Positions 52,782-64,000 of a stretch of DNA of 64,000 nucleotides are shown one piece after another. This stretch comes from Lama guanicoe (taxonomy: Eukaryota): assembly GCA_013239625.1 (NCBI GenBank), contig MU054220.1, positions 2,789,374 to 2,853,373 on the forward strand, in the 5' to 3' direction. A model generated the notes under the pieces. It worked only from the letters and a program-made list of their open reading frames with translations, did not search any database and was not told where the DNA came from. Position 1 is the first letter of the stretch. Each line of letters begins with the position of its first letter. Position numbers and translations under genes: made by a program.

Positions 52782-55700
52782 TGAAAATCTATTGGCTATG
52801 TATGTTATGAATTTATTTCTGGACTTTCAGTCCTATTCTATTGAACTATATATCCTTATGCCAATACCACACTGTCTTAATTGCTGTAGTTTTATAGTAA
52901 GTTTTGAAATTGGGAAGTATGAGTACTCCAACTTTTTTCTTTTTCAGTATTACTTTGGCTATTCAGGGACTCTTAAAGCTCTATATGAATTTGGGAATTG
53001 ACTTTTCCAATCCTACAAGAAAAACAACAAACAGGCTGTTGGAATTTTTATAGGAATTGTATTGAATCTGTATATTGCCTTGTATAATATTGCCATCTTA
53101 ACAGTAATCAGTCTTCCAGTCCTTGGACATGGATGTTTTTCCATTTATTTATGTTTTCTTAATTTCTTTCAGCAGTGTTATAGTTTTCAGCATGCAAGTC
53201 TTTCACCTCCTTGGTTAAATTTATTCCTAGGTATTTTATTCTTTGGGATGTTCTTATAAATTTGTTTTCTTAATTTCCTATTAGGATTGTTCATTGCTAT
53301 TATGAATTACAGTGTATTAGCAATACAACAGATTTTTGTGTTGAACCTTGCAACTTTGCTGAATTCGTTTATTAGCTCTAGTAGTTGGATTGTGGATTTT
53401 GGGGGATTTTCTACTAAGATCGTGTCCTCTGCAAATAGATAGATTTAAATCTTCTTTCCAATTTGGATGCCTTGTATTTTTTTCCTTGCCTAATTGCTCT
53501 GATTAGGACTGACGCTACAATGTTAAATGGCAGTGGTGAAAGTGGACATACTTCGCTTGTTCCTTATCTCAGAGGGAAAGCTTTCAGTATTTCACCACTG
53601 AGTATGATGCTATCTGTGGTTTCACATAAATGCCCTTTATGAAGTTGGGAAGTTCCCTTCCATTTCTAGTTTTCTGAGTGTTTTCATCATGAATGAGTGT
53701 TGGATTTTGACAAATGCTTTTTCTGCATTGAGATAATTATATAGTTTTTCTTTGCCTTTATTTATTAATGTGGTATATTATATTGATCTGTTAAAAAATA
53801 CTTTCCATTCCTGGGATAAGTCCCACTTTGTCATTGTGTATCATCCTTTAAACATGCTGTTGGATTCAGTTTGCTACTATGTTATTGAGGGTTTTTACAT
53901 CTATATTTATAAGGGATATTGGTTTGTAATTTTTTAATCTTTGTGATGTCTTTGGCTTTGGTATCAGGATAATGCTGACCTCATAGAATGAGTAGAAAGT
54001 GTTCCCTGCTTTTCTGGGTTTTTTGGTTTTTTTTTTTTTTTTGGTTTTTTTTTTTTTTTTGGTGTTAAATTATTTAAATGTTTGGTAGAATTCACCAGTG
54101 AAACTGTCTGGTCCTGAACTTTTCTTCTTTGAGAGGATTTTGATTACCGTTTCAGTCTCTTTAGTTGGTATAACTCTGTTGAGATTTCCTATTTCCTTGA
54201 GTCGCTTTTGGTAATTTGTATGTTTATAAGAATTTGTCCATTTTGTCTATGTTATGTAATTTGTTGATGTACAGTTGTTCAGTGTCTTCTCTTATAATCC
54301 TATTTATGACTATAAGATTGACAGCAGTGTCCCCATTTTTATTTCTGATTTTCATTATTTGTGTTGTCTCTCTTTTTTTCTTAGTCTGACTAAAGGTTTG
54401 TCAATTTTGTTGATGTTTTCAAAGAATCAACTTTTGGCTTCACTAATGCTGTTGTTTTTCTTTTCTCCAATTCATTTATTACCACTCTAATTTTTATTAT
54501 TTCCTTCCTTCCTTCTGCTAGCTCTGGGTTTAGTTCTTCTAGTTCCATAAATAGTAAAGTTAGGTTATTGACTTGAGATCTTTATTACTTTTTAATGTAG
54601 ACTGTTACAGCTATAAATTTCCCTCTGAGCACTGCTTTCTTTGCATCACATCAGTTTTGCTATGTTGTTATTTTCATTTTCATTCTTCAGGGATTTCTAG
54701 TTTCTTTCTGTTGTGGTGAGAGAAGATATTTTATATGATTTCAGTCTTTTTAAATTGATTAGGATTTTTTTGTGTCCTAAAATATGGTCTGTCCTGGAGA
54801 ATGATTCGTGTATACTTGAGAAGAATGTGTATTCTATTGTTATTGAGTAGGCTGTTCTTTATATGTCTGTAGGTCTAGTTAGTTTATAGTGTTGTTCAAA
54901 TCCTTCCTCTATTTCCTTACTGATCTTATTTCTATTTGTTCTTTCCATTATTTAAAGTTGAGATATTAAAGTCTCCAATTATTGATATAGAACTATTTAT
55001 TTGTCCCCTCAATTCTGTCAATATTGATGTCATATTTTGAGACTGTTGTTTGGTGCATTTATGTTTGAAATTGTCATATCTTGTTGATGAATTGACCCTT
55101 TTATCAATATATAATGACCTTTTTTGTTTCCTGTAACAATTTTTGACTTAAAGTGAAATTTGTCTGATATCAGTATAGCCATCCCAGTACTCTTTTGGTT
55201 ACTATTTGTATGCAGTATCTTTTTCCATCCTTTGTGATGGACACCTTTTTGTGTCTTTGGCTTTGAAACGTGTCTCTTATAGATAGTATATTGTTGGATC
55301 ATGTTTTTTAAAATTCGTTCTGCCACTCTCTGTTCTTTAACTAGTGAGTTTAATCCAGTTACATTTAAAGTGATTGTTGATAGGGAAGGATTTATGCCAT
55401 TTTGCTGTTTTCTATGCGTCTTATGTCTTTTTTGGACCTCGGTTCCTCCAGTCCTGCTGTCTTTTGTGTATTTTTCCCCCGGTGTTCTCTTTTGATGCCC
55501 TCATTTCCTTTTCTGTATATATTTTAATTATTTTATTAGTGGTTACTTTGGGGATTATACTTAATATTCATAAACTTTTAACAATGTAACTTGATTTTAT
55601 TCCAGCCTAGCTTCAGTAGTATACAAAAGCTGCTCATATACAGCTCTGCCCCCCATTTTGTTGTTATTGTCACGTATTACATCTTTATATGTTGTGTGGC

Positions 55701-56008
55701 CACTAATACAGAGTTATAATTACTGTTTTATGCGTTTCTTTTTAAAATCGTATAGGAAAGAAAAAGAAAAGTTACAAATCAAAGATACAATAATACTGGG
55801 TTTTATATTAACCTCTGTAGTTACCTTTACTGGAGTTATTATTTCTTTGTATGACTTCAGGTTACTATCTAGTGTCTTTTTATTTCAGCCTAAAGAACTC
55901 CCTTTAGCAGTTCTTTTAGGGCTGGTTTACTAGCAATAAACTCCGTCAGCTTTTTGCAGGGAATAGTTTTTGGTTGATAGTTGTTGTTTTTTTTCTTTCA
56001 GCACTTTA

Positions 56009-56152
56009 TTTGTTTAATTAAAAAAAATTTTTTTGAGGGGGGAGGTAATTAGGTTTACTTAATTATTTATTTTTAGAGGAGGTACTGGGGATTGAACCCA
56101 GGACCTTGTGTACGCTAAGAATTCACTCTACCACTTGAGCTATACTTACCCC
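56009..56152 (-). mobile_element. tRNA-derived camelid SINE (Vic-1-like)
   Basis: Minus strand has A box TAGCTCAAGTGG and B box GGTTCAATCC, then CCAGTACCTCC and AAACCTAATTACCTCCCC. Perfect 15-bp TSD TCTTTCAGCACTTTA at 55994-56008 and 56153-56167. Confidence 0.9.
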
Positions 56153-57264
56153 TCTTTCAGCACTTTAATTGTGATCCCACTGCCTTCTGGTCTCTGGTTT
56201 CTTTTTTTCCAATGAAGTGACCATTCTTTGCTGTTTGTTTGTGTGCCTCCTAATTATTTGTGAAAACTCTTCATTTTGAAATTACAATGTGATAACTATG
56301 GAAATTAGATTCTCCTCCCGGGGTTTACTGTTGTTGATTGTTGAGGGCTGCAGTTGTTTGTTTAGTGCCTTTTCCAAACTTTTTTTGCAAAGACTGTTTC
56401 TTGTTACGTGTTACTTACTGAAACCTCTGTTTTATTAGATTTACTTAAATAACTAGAGCCAAAAAGAAGAAAAAAGAAATAATAAGTAATTTAAAACAAA
56501 CGAACAAACAAACAACCTTTCTTGCTCTTTGCAGATTGGCTCTGAGCAGCAGGGGCACTCCTTTAATGCTAAGCCAGGCCACCTGTAACTCGGTCTCAGA
56601 CTTGACCTCTTTCTTGGACAGAGCTTAAAGACCATCCAGAAGTGCAAGCTTAGGGTTCTCTCAAATATTTTCTAAATATGTATCTAACCCTGGGAATGCC
56701 CCATGCACTCTGGATCCCCCAGTATGTGTGACAGGCCTTCAAAGCCCTTACTCCTCCAAGAATCTTCCTCCTCTCCTCCTATTTACTCCATCCCCCACCC
56801 GTTGCACCAGGTAACTGCAGGTAACATACGTCTTTAGGTCCTTTCATCAGATGGCACCTGGAAAGCCATTCCAGCCTAAGGTGGGCAAACAAGGGTCAGC
56901 CTCTGCACCAGTCCTCAGGGAACCACCAGAAAGGTCAGAATATATAACCACAACTTTTTGAGAACAAGGTTCAGCAAGCCACACCAGGAACACAGGTTAC
57001 CATCTCCACAGCCTCTGTCCAGCTGGGGGATGGATTTGTAGGTAGGAAAGGAAAAATGTTTTCTTAGTAAATCTTAGCAGCTTCTTTCTTTAGTAAGTGC
57101 CCCCCAGTTGCTCTTAGTTTTTTATTATATTCCAGAGTTTTAAAAAGCTGATTCTGTTTGTTTCTGCCAGCTTAATGGTTGCTTCAGTAGGACAGATCTT
57201 GTCCTGCCATTTCTGTGATGTCACTTCCCTACCCTCCCTAATGTTTTTTGCTTATTTTGAGCAG

Positions 57265-57575
57265 CTTAGAACAACAAACACTTATCATCCCACATAGTTT
57301 TTGAGGTCAGGATTCAGGTTGCGTCTTAGCACTGTCATCCCCGCTCAAGTTCCCTTACTAGTCGGCATTCAGACTAGATGACCAGGACTGCATTCATCTC
57401 AAGGCTCAACTGGGACTGGATAATTCACTTCCAGACTCATTCATGTGGTTGTTGGCAGGCCTGACTTCTTCCTGGCTGTGAGTAGGAGGTTCACTTGCTC
57501 ACTACATGGGCCCCTCCTTAGTGCTGTTCACCGCGTGGCCGCTGGCTTCCCCTAGAGTGGAAGGTCCATAAGAGA
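57265..57575 (-). mobile_element. ERVL-MaLR solo LTR (MLT1F/G-like)
   Basis: ttagaacaacaaacacttatcatccca...catctcaaggctcaactggg...catgtggttgttggcaggcc...gctggcttcccctagagtg. Confidence 0.75.
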
Positions 57576-58009
57576 AAGACACCCCCCAGTGTTTTGATTG
57601 TTTAATCTTTTTTGGGTATTCTTTATCCAGCCTTGAGATAATTGTACTCTTCTTGGCATGAGAGAAAATTTGAACCCTGGAGAATTCCTTATGGAGAGGA
57701 GTTGGTTTGCTTTTCTTTGGAGGCATTACCACTGTGTGCTTTATTCAGCCTTAGAGATAAAATATAAGAGACCCCAAGGGACTTCACACAGCCTTGGAGT
57801 GGAGCAGCAGACCTGTATCATTGACCTTCTCTTCTGTCTCCTCCCTCGAACTTTCGTCCTTCCAGTTCACAGAGCTCTGAAAATAAGCTTCCTGGGCACC
57901 CAGGGCCTTAGAAAATGTCACTGTAAACTACTTTCCCATTGCATCGCCTTGTAAACATGTTGGTGGTTTGTTTTATGGAGGAAATGTGTCTTTTTGGTTA
58001 AAAAACGTA

Positions 58010-58058
58010 TGTGTGTGTGAGAGAGAGAAAGAGAGGGAGGGGGGAGAGAGAGAGAGAG
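58010..58058. repeat. Compound (TG)n(AG)n repeat
   Basis: Read directly. Confidence 0.9.
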
Positions 58059-59386
58059 GCAAGTAAGAGAGTTCTCTGATAGGTCATACTCCCCACTCAG
58101 AAGATCAGCATCCCTTTACAGTGTGTCTGCTCTCTGGGAGGCCCAGGCGCAGAGGGGTGCAGAAGTGTGGAACAGTCCTGTTCTCAAATAGCAGTATAGT
58201 CCAGAGGTGGGAATACAACAGGACACTGGTTAAAACAACAACAACAGGGCAGCGTTTGTGTCCCAGGACAGTGGTTGCCACAGTATTAATCAAGCAGATA
58301 CTTAGACTTTTCTAAAGTAGTAATATGAGAAGCAGAAGGCCGGTACGGACATGGCCGGGAAAGAAAGTGAAAAATCTTTGTGACTGTGTTAGGTTTTCAG
58401 ATCTAGTAAAATATTTCACAATATAACGGTTTTTGAGAACTTTTAACATCCAGCTTATAGAATCAGTCTTTCATTTGGCTCCTACTCATCAATAATCAGA
58501 CAGTTTCACTCTCATTTATTTAATTACTTGTTGCCATACAGAAAGATCATTTGCATCTGCATTGTTTTTAATTTTGAAGAAGTGAATTAGGTTTGTGTTT
58601 ATAGTTTCATATCCACTCTTCTAACATCATTTGACTTTTTACAGAGGGCTTCCTAAAATGAATTAGCCGTTGGGTCATGTTAAGAATAGTAATGCAAACC
58701 CAGTCTGTCAGTTTGCTAGCTGCCATTTGTGTCTGAAGATAGTAATGCTACTGGTGTTTCTTTTATTTGGATGGATGCATCTGGAAGATGAGGTTGGAGG
58801 TAATCAGGATGTCAGCCTCTTGCAAGACGACCTTTCCTTGGCAATTGCATCTCTCCTCTAGTGGAGGATACAGGCAGGTTTATTAAATATCCCAAGTGAA
58901 GGTATTTCTACAACCTCTCTTAGATTATGATTGGAATTGTTGTGAAATAGAAATGCATGTATGTAAGATTTCTTTTGATGTTATTGGGATCTTAAGCACA
59001 CTATGAACTGTCACTTGACCCATATGTAACAAGAGTGGGCTTGCCTCTGGAAAACTACCCCAATGCATCCTAAAATACATTAAAATCAGAAAGAGCAGCC
59101 TATACTTTATTTCTATACATAGGCATTAAACCATGGATTTTTCTGCTCATTTAATTTAGACTACTGTATGTATAGATTTATATCTGTTCTAGTTATGCAA
59201 TTTAATCATTTCATCTGGGGCCTTACATTTTACTTTTCCCCCTTCTAAAATGAAATCCATATTACCTCCTTTATTAATATGTTTTCAGTTCGATTATGTT
59301 CTTTCTTGTTGGCTACAAACCATGTTTGCTTTTATTCTTTTAATAAAAAGTGAATTCTGAATTTTCATTAAATTTTCCCCTCCTAG

Positions 59387-59485
59387 ACAATTAAATCCCA
59401 CACAGAAACAGATGAGAAACAAACAGAGAGCCGCACCGTCACTCCACCGGCTGCACCCAAACCAAAACGGGAGGAGAACCCTCAG
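59387..59485 (+). CDS. PHF21A: PHF21A coding exon (99 nt, phase 0-0)
   Basis: ttttcccctcctag acceptor and CAG|gtaggc donor. Translates [33 protein letters not shown]. Confidence 0.95.
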
Positions 59486-62054
59486 GTAGGCCCAGCCCCC
59501 TGAGGCATGACTCAGTCTATGAGTTATGACTTAGTCTTACACATCAGGAGGGACGCTTGGTCTCTGAATCACTTGACTTTTCTTTTCCTGTGCTTTCTCG
59601 CTGCTCAGTAGTGTTATTGCCAGATCAGGCAGATTAAGAGTGTGGCCTTGAGTGACCATGAACTAGCAAACAGGCATTTCATACACATGTCACAAATTTG
59701 AGCTGGAAGATTAATGACCATTTCCCCAGGTATCCCACTGCATCCCTAATGGTCATTATGTTTTGTTTGTCTCAGCCAGCATTTGTAAAATGTCCAGTTC
59801 ACTGAGCTAAATTCTATTCATGTTAGCAATTACTGGTGTTACATGTGCATTTTTATTGTTACCTTTGTATTGCCTTAGATCCTCAAATCCCAAGTAAATC
59901 AGTAGCTCGAATGTAGTTCATTGAAGCATAAAAGTAGGGATGAAAATAGTGACATCTGTACTACAACTTAGGATAGAATTATAACTTAAATAGCAAATGA
60001 GACTCTGGTACAAATATAGAATGTGAATTTGTATGTCCTTAGACAAGGGAATTTTTTAGTTTGATGCTTTTGTACAAGCAGCTATAAAAGAAAAATGTAG
60101 ACGGGTAATATGATGATGAATATCTGATAGTTGGATTTTATTGGACCAGCAATCCATTTCCTTCTATCCTCAGCGCATTCTTTGTGATGATCTTTGTGAT
60201 GAAACCATGTCAAATAGTGGCATGAAGCCATCAAAAGCTTCGTGTCATTTTTTTTAAAGCAGTGATTTATTAAGCTAGTTCAGGTTTTCTTAAAATAAGT
60301 ATAAATTATAATTCTTTCTGATATGAAATGAATGAATAATTTGTCTTTAAAGAAGAGACTAAAACTTGAACCAAAAAGAAGAACTAGGCGTGCATATTAC
60401 TGAGAAACTTATAAAATCATCCACAAGTTAATGACAAGTGTTAGGCTTGCAGGAGGAAAAATAGAGCAGGCCATTAGTAAAATTTCTTATCAAAAGAAAC
60501 AGAGGGATATTTCCCATGAGTGGCACAGTGTGGGCAAGCAAGTATCATCGTGTGTAGTGACAGATATTTCTGGTTGGACAGAGCCACTGCCATAAAGAGA
60601 ATAAATTAGTTATTGACATACGTGTGGTACATAGATGAGGCAAAAGTTCTTGACAACTTTTTATTCTGTTTATTACTGAAAAATCTATTTCACAGAAGAG
60701 ATTTTTTATTCCCCATTTAATCATTCTTTTATGAGCTTGATCTTGACTGGCAAAGATGAGTTGGATGTCAGTGGCCAAGAAGGTGACTTACTGTTACTGG
60801 ATTGAAAGAAGGGTGCATCTGAATGTCAGTTCACACACTGCTTTATTAACAGAGGACATGGTTGGCTGTCTAGGCTTGTAATCTTAAATTCTGTAGGAAT
60901 GGTGAAAATAAGGAATGTAGTTAATTGGCAACCACAAAATGTATGCAGTGTAGAAAGTGGGCAGCAAGTCCAAGAATTATTTCCTTACTGAGGTTCTCTG
61001 GCTGTCAGGAGGATAGGTGCCCACCCAAGTTTTTGAAGAAGAAATAAAATTAAAACATTTCTTTAGAATTTTGAGGATACTGGTAAATGTCATTTCTGTG
61101 TTTTCAAGTGGCTAGTTCAGGGTTATCTTCATAAAACACGCAGTATCTTGAATAGCCTGAGCCTGCCACTTCAGGCCCAAATACCATGATATTTAATGTG
61201 GAGGGTAAAATTGTCAGGATTTTCAGAGAGCAAATTGTGGTATAAATAATTCTGCAGGAATATGTCTCCTGACAACTGATGATGTTTTATTCACTGACGA
61301 GAAGAATTGATGGTATATTACTTGGCATATTTAGCCACCACATGCAGTGGTACAGCAGAAAATAAAGGCATACTTTCCAGACCACATGTGACCAAAGAGC
61401 AAAATAGTAATAAATCTGTTGGTCTCTCCAGTTGTAAGCATCTAACGTTCCAGCTTTGGAGTCAAGTATTCTGATCAGTCTAGCTTCTGATAGAGCCCTG
61501 AGACTAGTGGTCAGAGAGACATGGCTCCATAATTTTTAGATCCATGATTGATTGAAAAATTACAGTATTTAAGCAGAGCCACCTGCTATCATTCCCCAAA
61601 CTCATTTAGCTTTGAGTTAGCATTGTCCAATCAGTGGAGGTAAAAATGTAAGAAACCCTGACCTGGTATGACACGTAGCATTTGGAACTTGTTGTATGGG
61701 AGGCTCTTTGTAACCCTCCATGTTTTTTCAGTGTGAAGTCCTCTTCTTTCTTAGAGGATTTTTCTAGGGGGGGGAAAAAACTTAGGTCATTCAAGATGCT
61801 GATTTCTGTCATTGAGAAAGTAGGAGATGTAGGTCTCGGTCCTTCTCTTTTGGTCCCTGTAAGATCAGAAAGCCATCAGAGTGGCTCCATAGCTGCCAGG
61901 AGTAGAGGGTGCCCACCCCATGCTCACCTGAACCTGGTTTCCTCCAGGCCACCAGCCGCTGGGCTGGCTCTCCCGAGGAGTCTGATTAGAAACAGAGATT
62001 GGCTTTGTGAGAACCCAAACTAAAGTATATTCTTCTTTTGTTTCTCTGGCACAG

Positions 62055-62106
62055 AAACTTGCCTTCATGGTGTCTCTAGGGTTGGTAACACATGACCATC
62101 TAGAAG
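62055..62106 (+). CDS. PHF21A: PHF21A coding exon (52 nt, phase 0-1)
   Basis: tttctctggcacag acceptor and G|gtaaga donor. Translates KLAFMVSLGLVTHDHLE plus 1 nt. Confidence 0.95.
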
Positions 62107-62856
62107 GTAAGAGAAGACATTCATGATGCTGCCTTGCTTCTGGCCTAGAGCTTTGTTCTTGAAAATGGCGTTTGATTTATTATTAGAATAGAAACTTGGA
62201 ACACAAATAGAGTATGGTTCAACCAGTGTGGACTTTCTTTTGGAGTAAACTTACCTTCCCTCTATCTGATGTTCCGCCTCTTTCCTGATCATTATTTATG
62301 CATACTGCTCTCCTGGGGAAGCTTCCCTAGCTGCATGGATTAAGGTGACTTCTGTTCACTTAGAGAAACTTTTTTTTTTCTGGCAGCGCAAAGTAACAAA
62401 TGCCCCTCTGACAAGCCTGTCTATATATCTCAGTCACTCTAGGTTATCAGAATCTTAAGACTAGTCGCAGAGCTATACCTGCCCTAGTTACTTAATTCAA
62501 GAATGGTGAACTGTGGTTACTCAGTCTAGGTCTATGGGTAAATCTCATCCACACCTATATTACAGTGATCTAAAAATAAACCAGGACAGCTTGTTTGTAG
62601 GTGTTATCTACTATTAAGCTCTCAGTCACAGAGCCGCACTGTAGGACAGTGTGGCCTTGCTTTCTGAGGGGTGAGAGTACATGGTCCCACATGCTTGTTT
62701 CCAGCAGTGAGCTTGCCTCTGCTGAGGTTGCAGTGAAATCAGGAGACTTGCCCTCATTTCTGATTTGTTAAGGGAAAACCAATAGATAGCCAGCCAAGTT
62801 CAGTATTTGAGGTTCTTCATACCCCTCTTCTAATCCGTACTTTTTGCTTTCCCAAG

Positions 62857-62936
62857 AAATCCAAAGCAAGAGGCAAGAGCGAAAAAGAAGAACAACAGCA
62901 AACCCAGTGTACAGCGGCGCGGTCTTTGAGCCAGAG
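62857..62936 (+). CDS. PHF21A: PHF21A coding exon (80 nt, phase 1-0), basic region
   Basis: ctaat branch-point-like motif, tttttgctttcccaag acceptor and GAG|gtattc donor. Translates (E)[26 protein letters not shown]. Confidence 0.94.
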
Positions 62937-63405
62937 GTATTCCTGGCCAGCTCTTGGCCCTCCCCTCGCTTCTCCAGTTGTGTTCATGACTTGTTCAGCA
63001 CCCCCAGCTGAAACCCTGCTTAAGGGTAGTGCCCTGATTGCACTTGGCCAGCTTTGTGGAATGATGGACTTTTCTCTGGCTGACCACATTATTTCATTTT
63101 TATTATTCACTGTTTTCCCCCTTAGCTTTTTTTCCCAAGTTAAAGTAGATACAAGCCTACCTTAAAAATTTAACTCATCCTGTTATCTGAACAGAAGTGT
63201 CTTCTGAAGCAGAGGCAGACTCTGTGGAATATTTTCTCAGAGCCTAGTACCTGTGGTAGATCCCGCTAGCACCGAGACCTTGGGGTGACCAGCACTGACT
63301 AGGTGGCTTGTTTCTGGGCATGCTGTGCTTGGTCTTCAGTGTGTGCCAGTATTAGTAGTAACCATGCTGTTCAACCAGTCACCTTTCCTTCTTCAATCCC
63401 CAAAG

Positions 63406-63466
63406 CGTAAGAAGAGTGCAGTCACCTACCTGAACAGTACAATGCATCCCGGGACCCGGAAGAGAG
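63406..63466 (+). CDS. PHF21A: PHF21A coding exon (61 nt, phase 0-1), ends just before the AT-hook region
   Basis: cttcaatccccaaag acceptor and G|gtgagt donor. Translates [20 protein letters not shown] plus 1 nt. Confidence 0.94.
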
Positions 63467-64000
63467 GTGAGTACCTTTGCGGACCTCTCCCTTGCTGTTG
63501 CTTTGCTTTCTGTATTGTGTTTCTTTCCCCTCCATCCTCCCCTTGTCCTAGAGCCTGTCTAACGCCTGTATCCCTTGAAAATAGCTTTGTTGTTGTTCTC
63601 TGAGAATGGGGGGGCAAGAGAGTGAGATTTCTTATTAAGAGTTCTATATACTGAATCAGAAGCTGCCCTTCCTGGGATTCTGGCAAAGCTGACTCAGGGG
63701 AATTGCTTAATGCAGCGTTTCTGCCCTAGGCCCACTAGCCTGTCAGTGAATAGCACGGTGAACAGAACACCCTGTAAAAGGAAGCATTTTAACATCATTG
63801 AATGTACAGAACACTGCTATTGCCAAGGTGTTCTTAATAGTATCTAAGTTGTCCTAATGCCAGTGAATCCAGAACATGGCTGTTATGCTTCTGTGAGCTG
63901 CAGACTTTCCAGGAAAGAGAGAGGTAGCCACACTGAGAACTTGGAGTCTATGAGTAGAGGCTACCTCCAACTAAGGAAGAAAAGGTCACCATCAAAACAG

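Larger units (their letters stand above)
50596..57238 (-). mobile_element. Old LINE-1 (L1MB-like 3' end) with both termini, decayed ORF2 and nested insertions
   Basis: 3' end ttgaggtgaaattcatatcacatcaaattaacc. Endonuclease remnant in ORF 55030..55326 (KGWKKILHTNSNQK...GHYILIKGSIHQQD). L1M-type 5' terminus GAAGTGACATCACAGAAATGGC near 57227. Boundaries approximate. Confidence 0.85.

Noticed and set aside
48450..55933. Cluster of ORFs as independent genes
   Set aside because: They are frameshifted L1 ORF2 remnants or antisense L1 reads; no intact ORF1 or ORF2.
56080..56152. tRNA gene
   Set aside because: A and B boxes belong to a SINE head with tail and TSD.
63467..64000. Neuronal microexon or AT-hook exon of PHF21A
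   Set aside because: No acceptor-flanked match found; probably beyond the window.
1..64000. CRISPR arrays, operons or prokaryotic systems
   Set aside because: The sequence is spliced mammalian genomic DNA with no repeat-spacer array.

Overview
Mammalian genomic DNA, most likely a camelid (two Vic-1-like tRNA-derived SINEs). The whole window lies inside the PHF21A (BHC80) gene on the + strand. The first 33 kb is the 3' part of one long intron. Eight GT-AG-bounded coding exons follow (33035-63466) and splice into one open frame, KRVVEQLRK...PGTRKR. The start codon and the AT-hook and PHD exons are outside the window. The rest is intronic repeat (L1, L2, MIR, hAT MITEs, a MaLR LTR, microsatellites) plus a few repeat-free, motif-rich blocks. 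Most ORF-track calls are spurious. The most unusual structure is a full-length U6 snRNA copy embedded in sense inside one TSD-bounded L1, replacing about 52 nt of L1 3' sequence (L1-U6-L1). Other leads: a 75/76-nt tract shared by two otherwise diverged inverted L1s, two candidate stop-containing cassette exons (7 nt and 60 nt), a NAGNAG acceptor, paired RFX-like boxes and a CTCF motif. I see no evidence of a wholly new gene system. Repeat family names come from recalled consensus sequences, not from a search.
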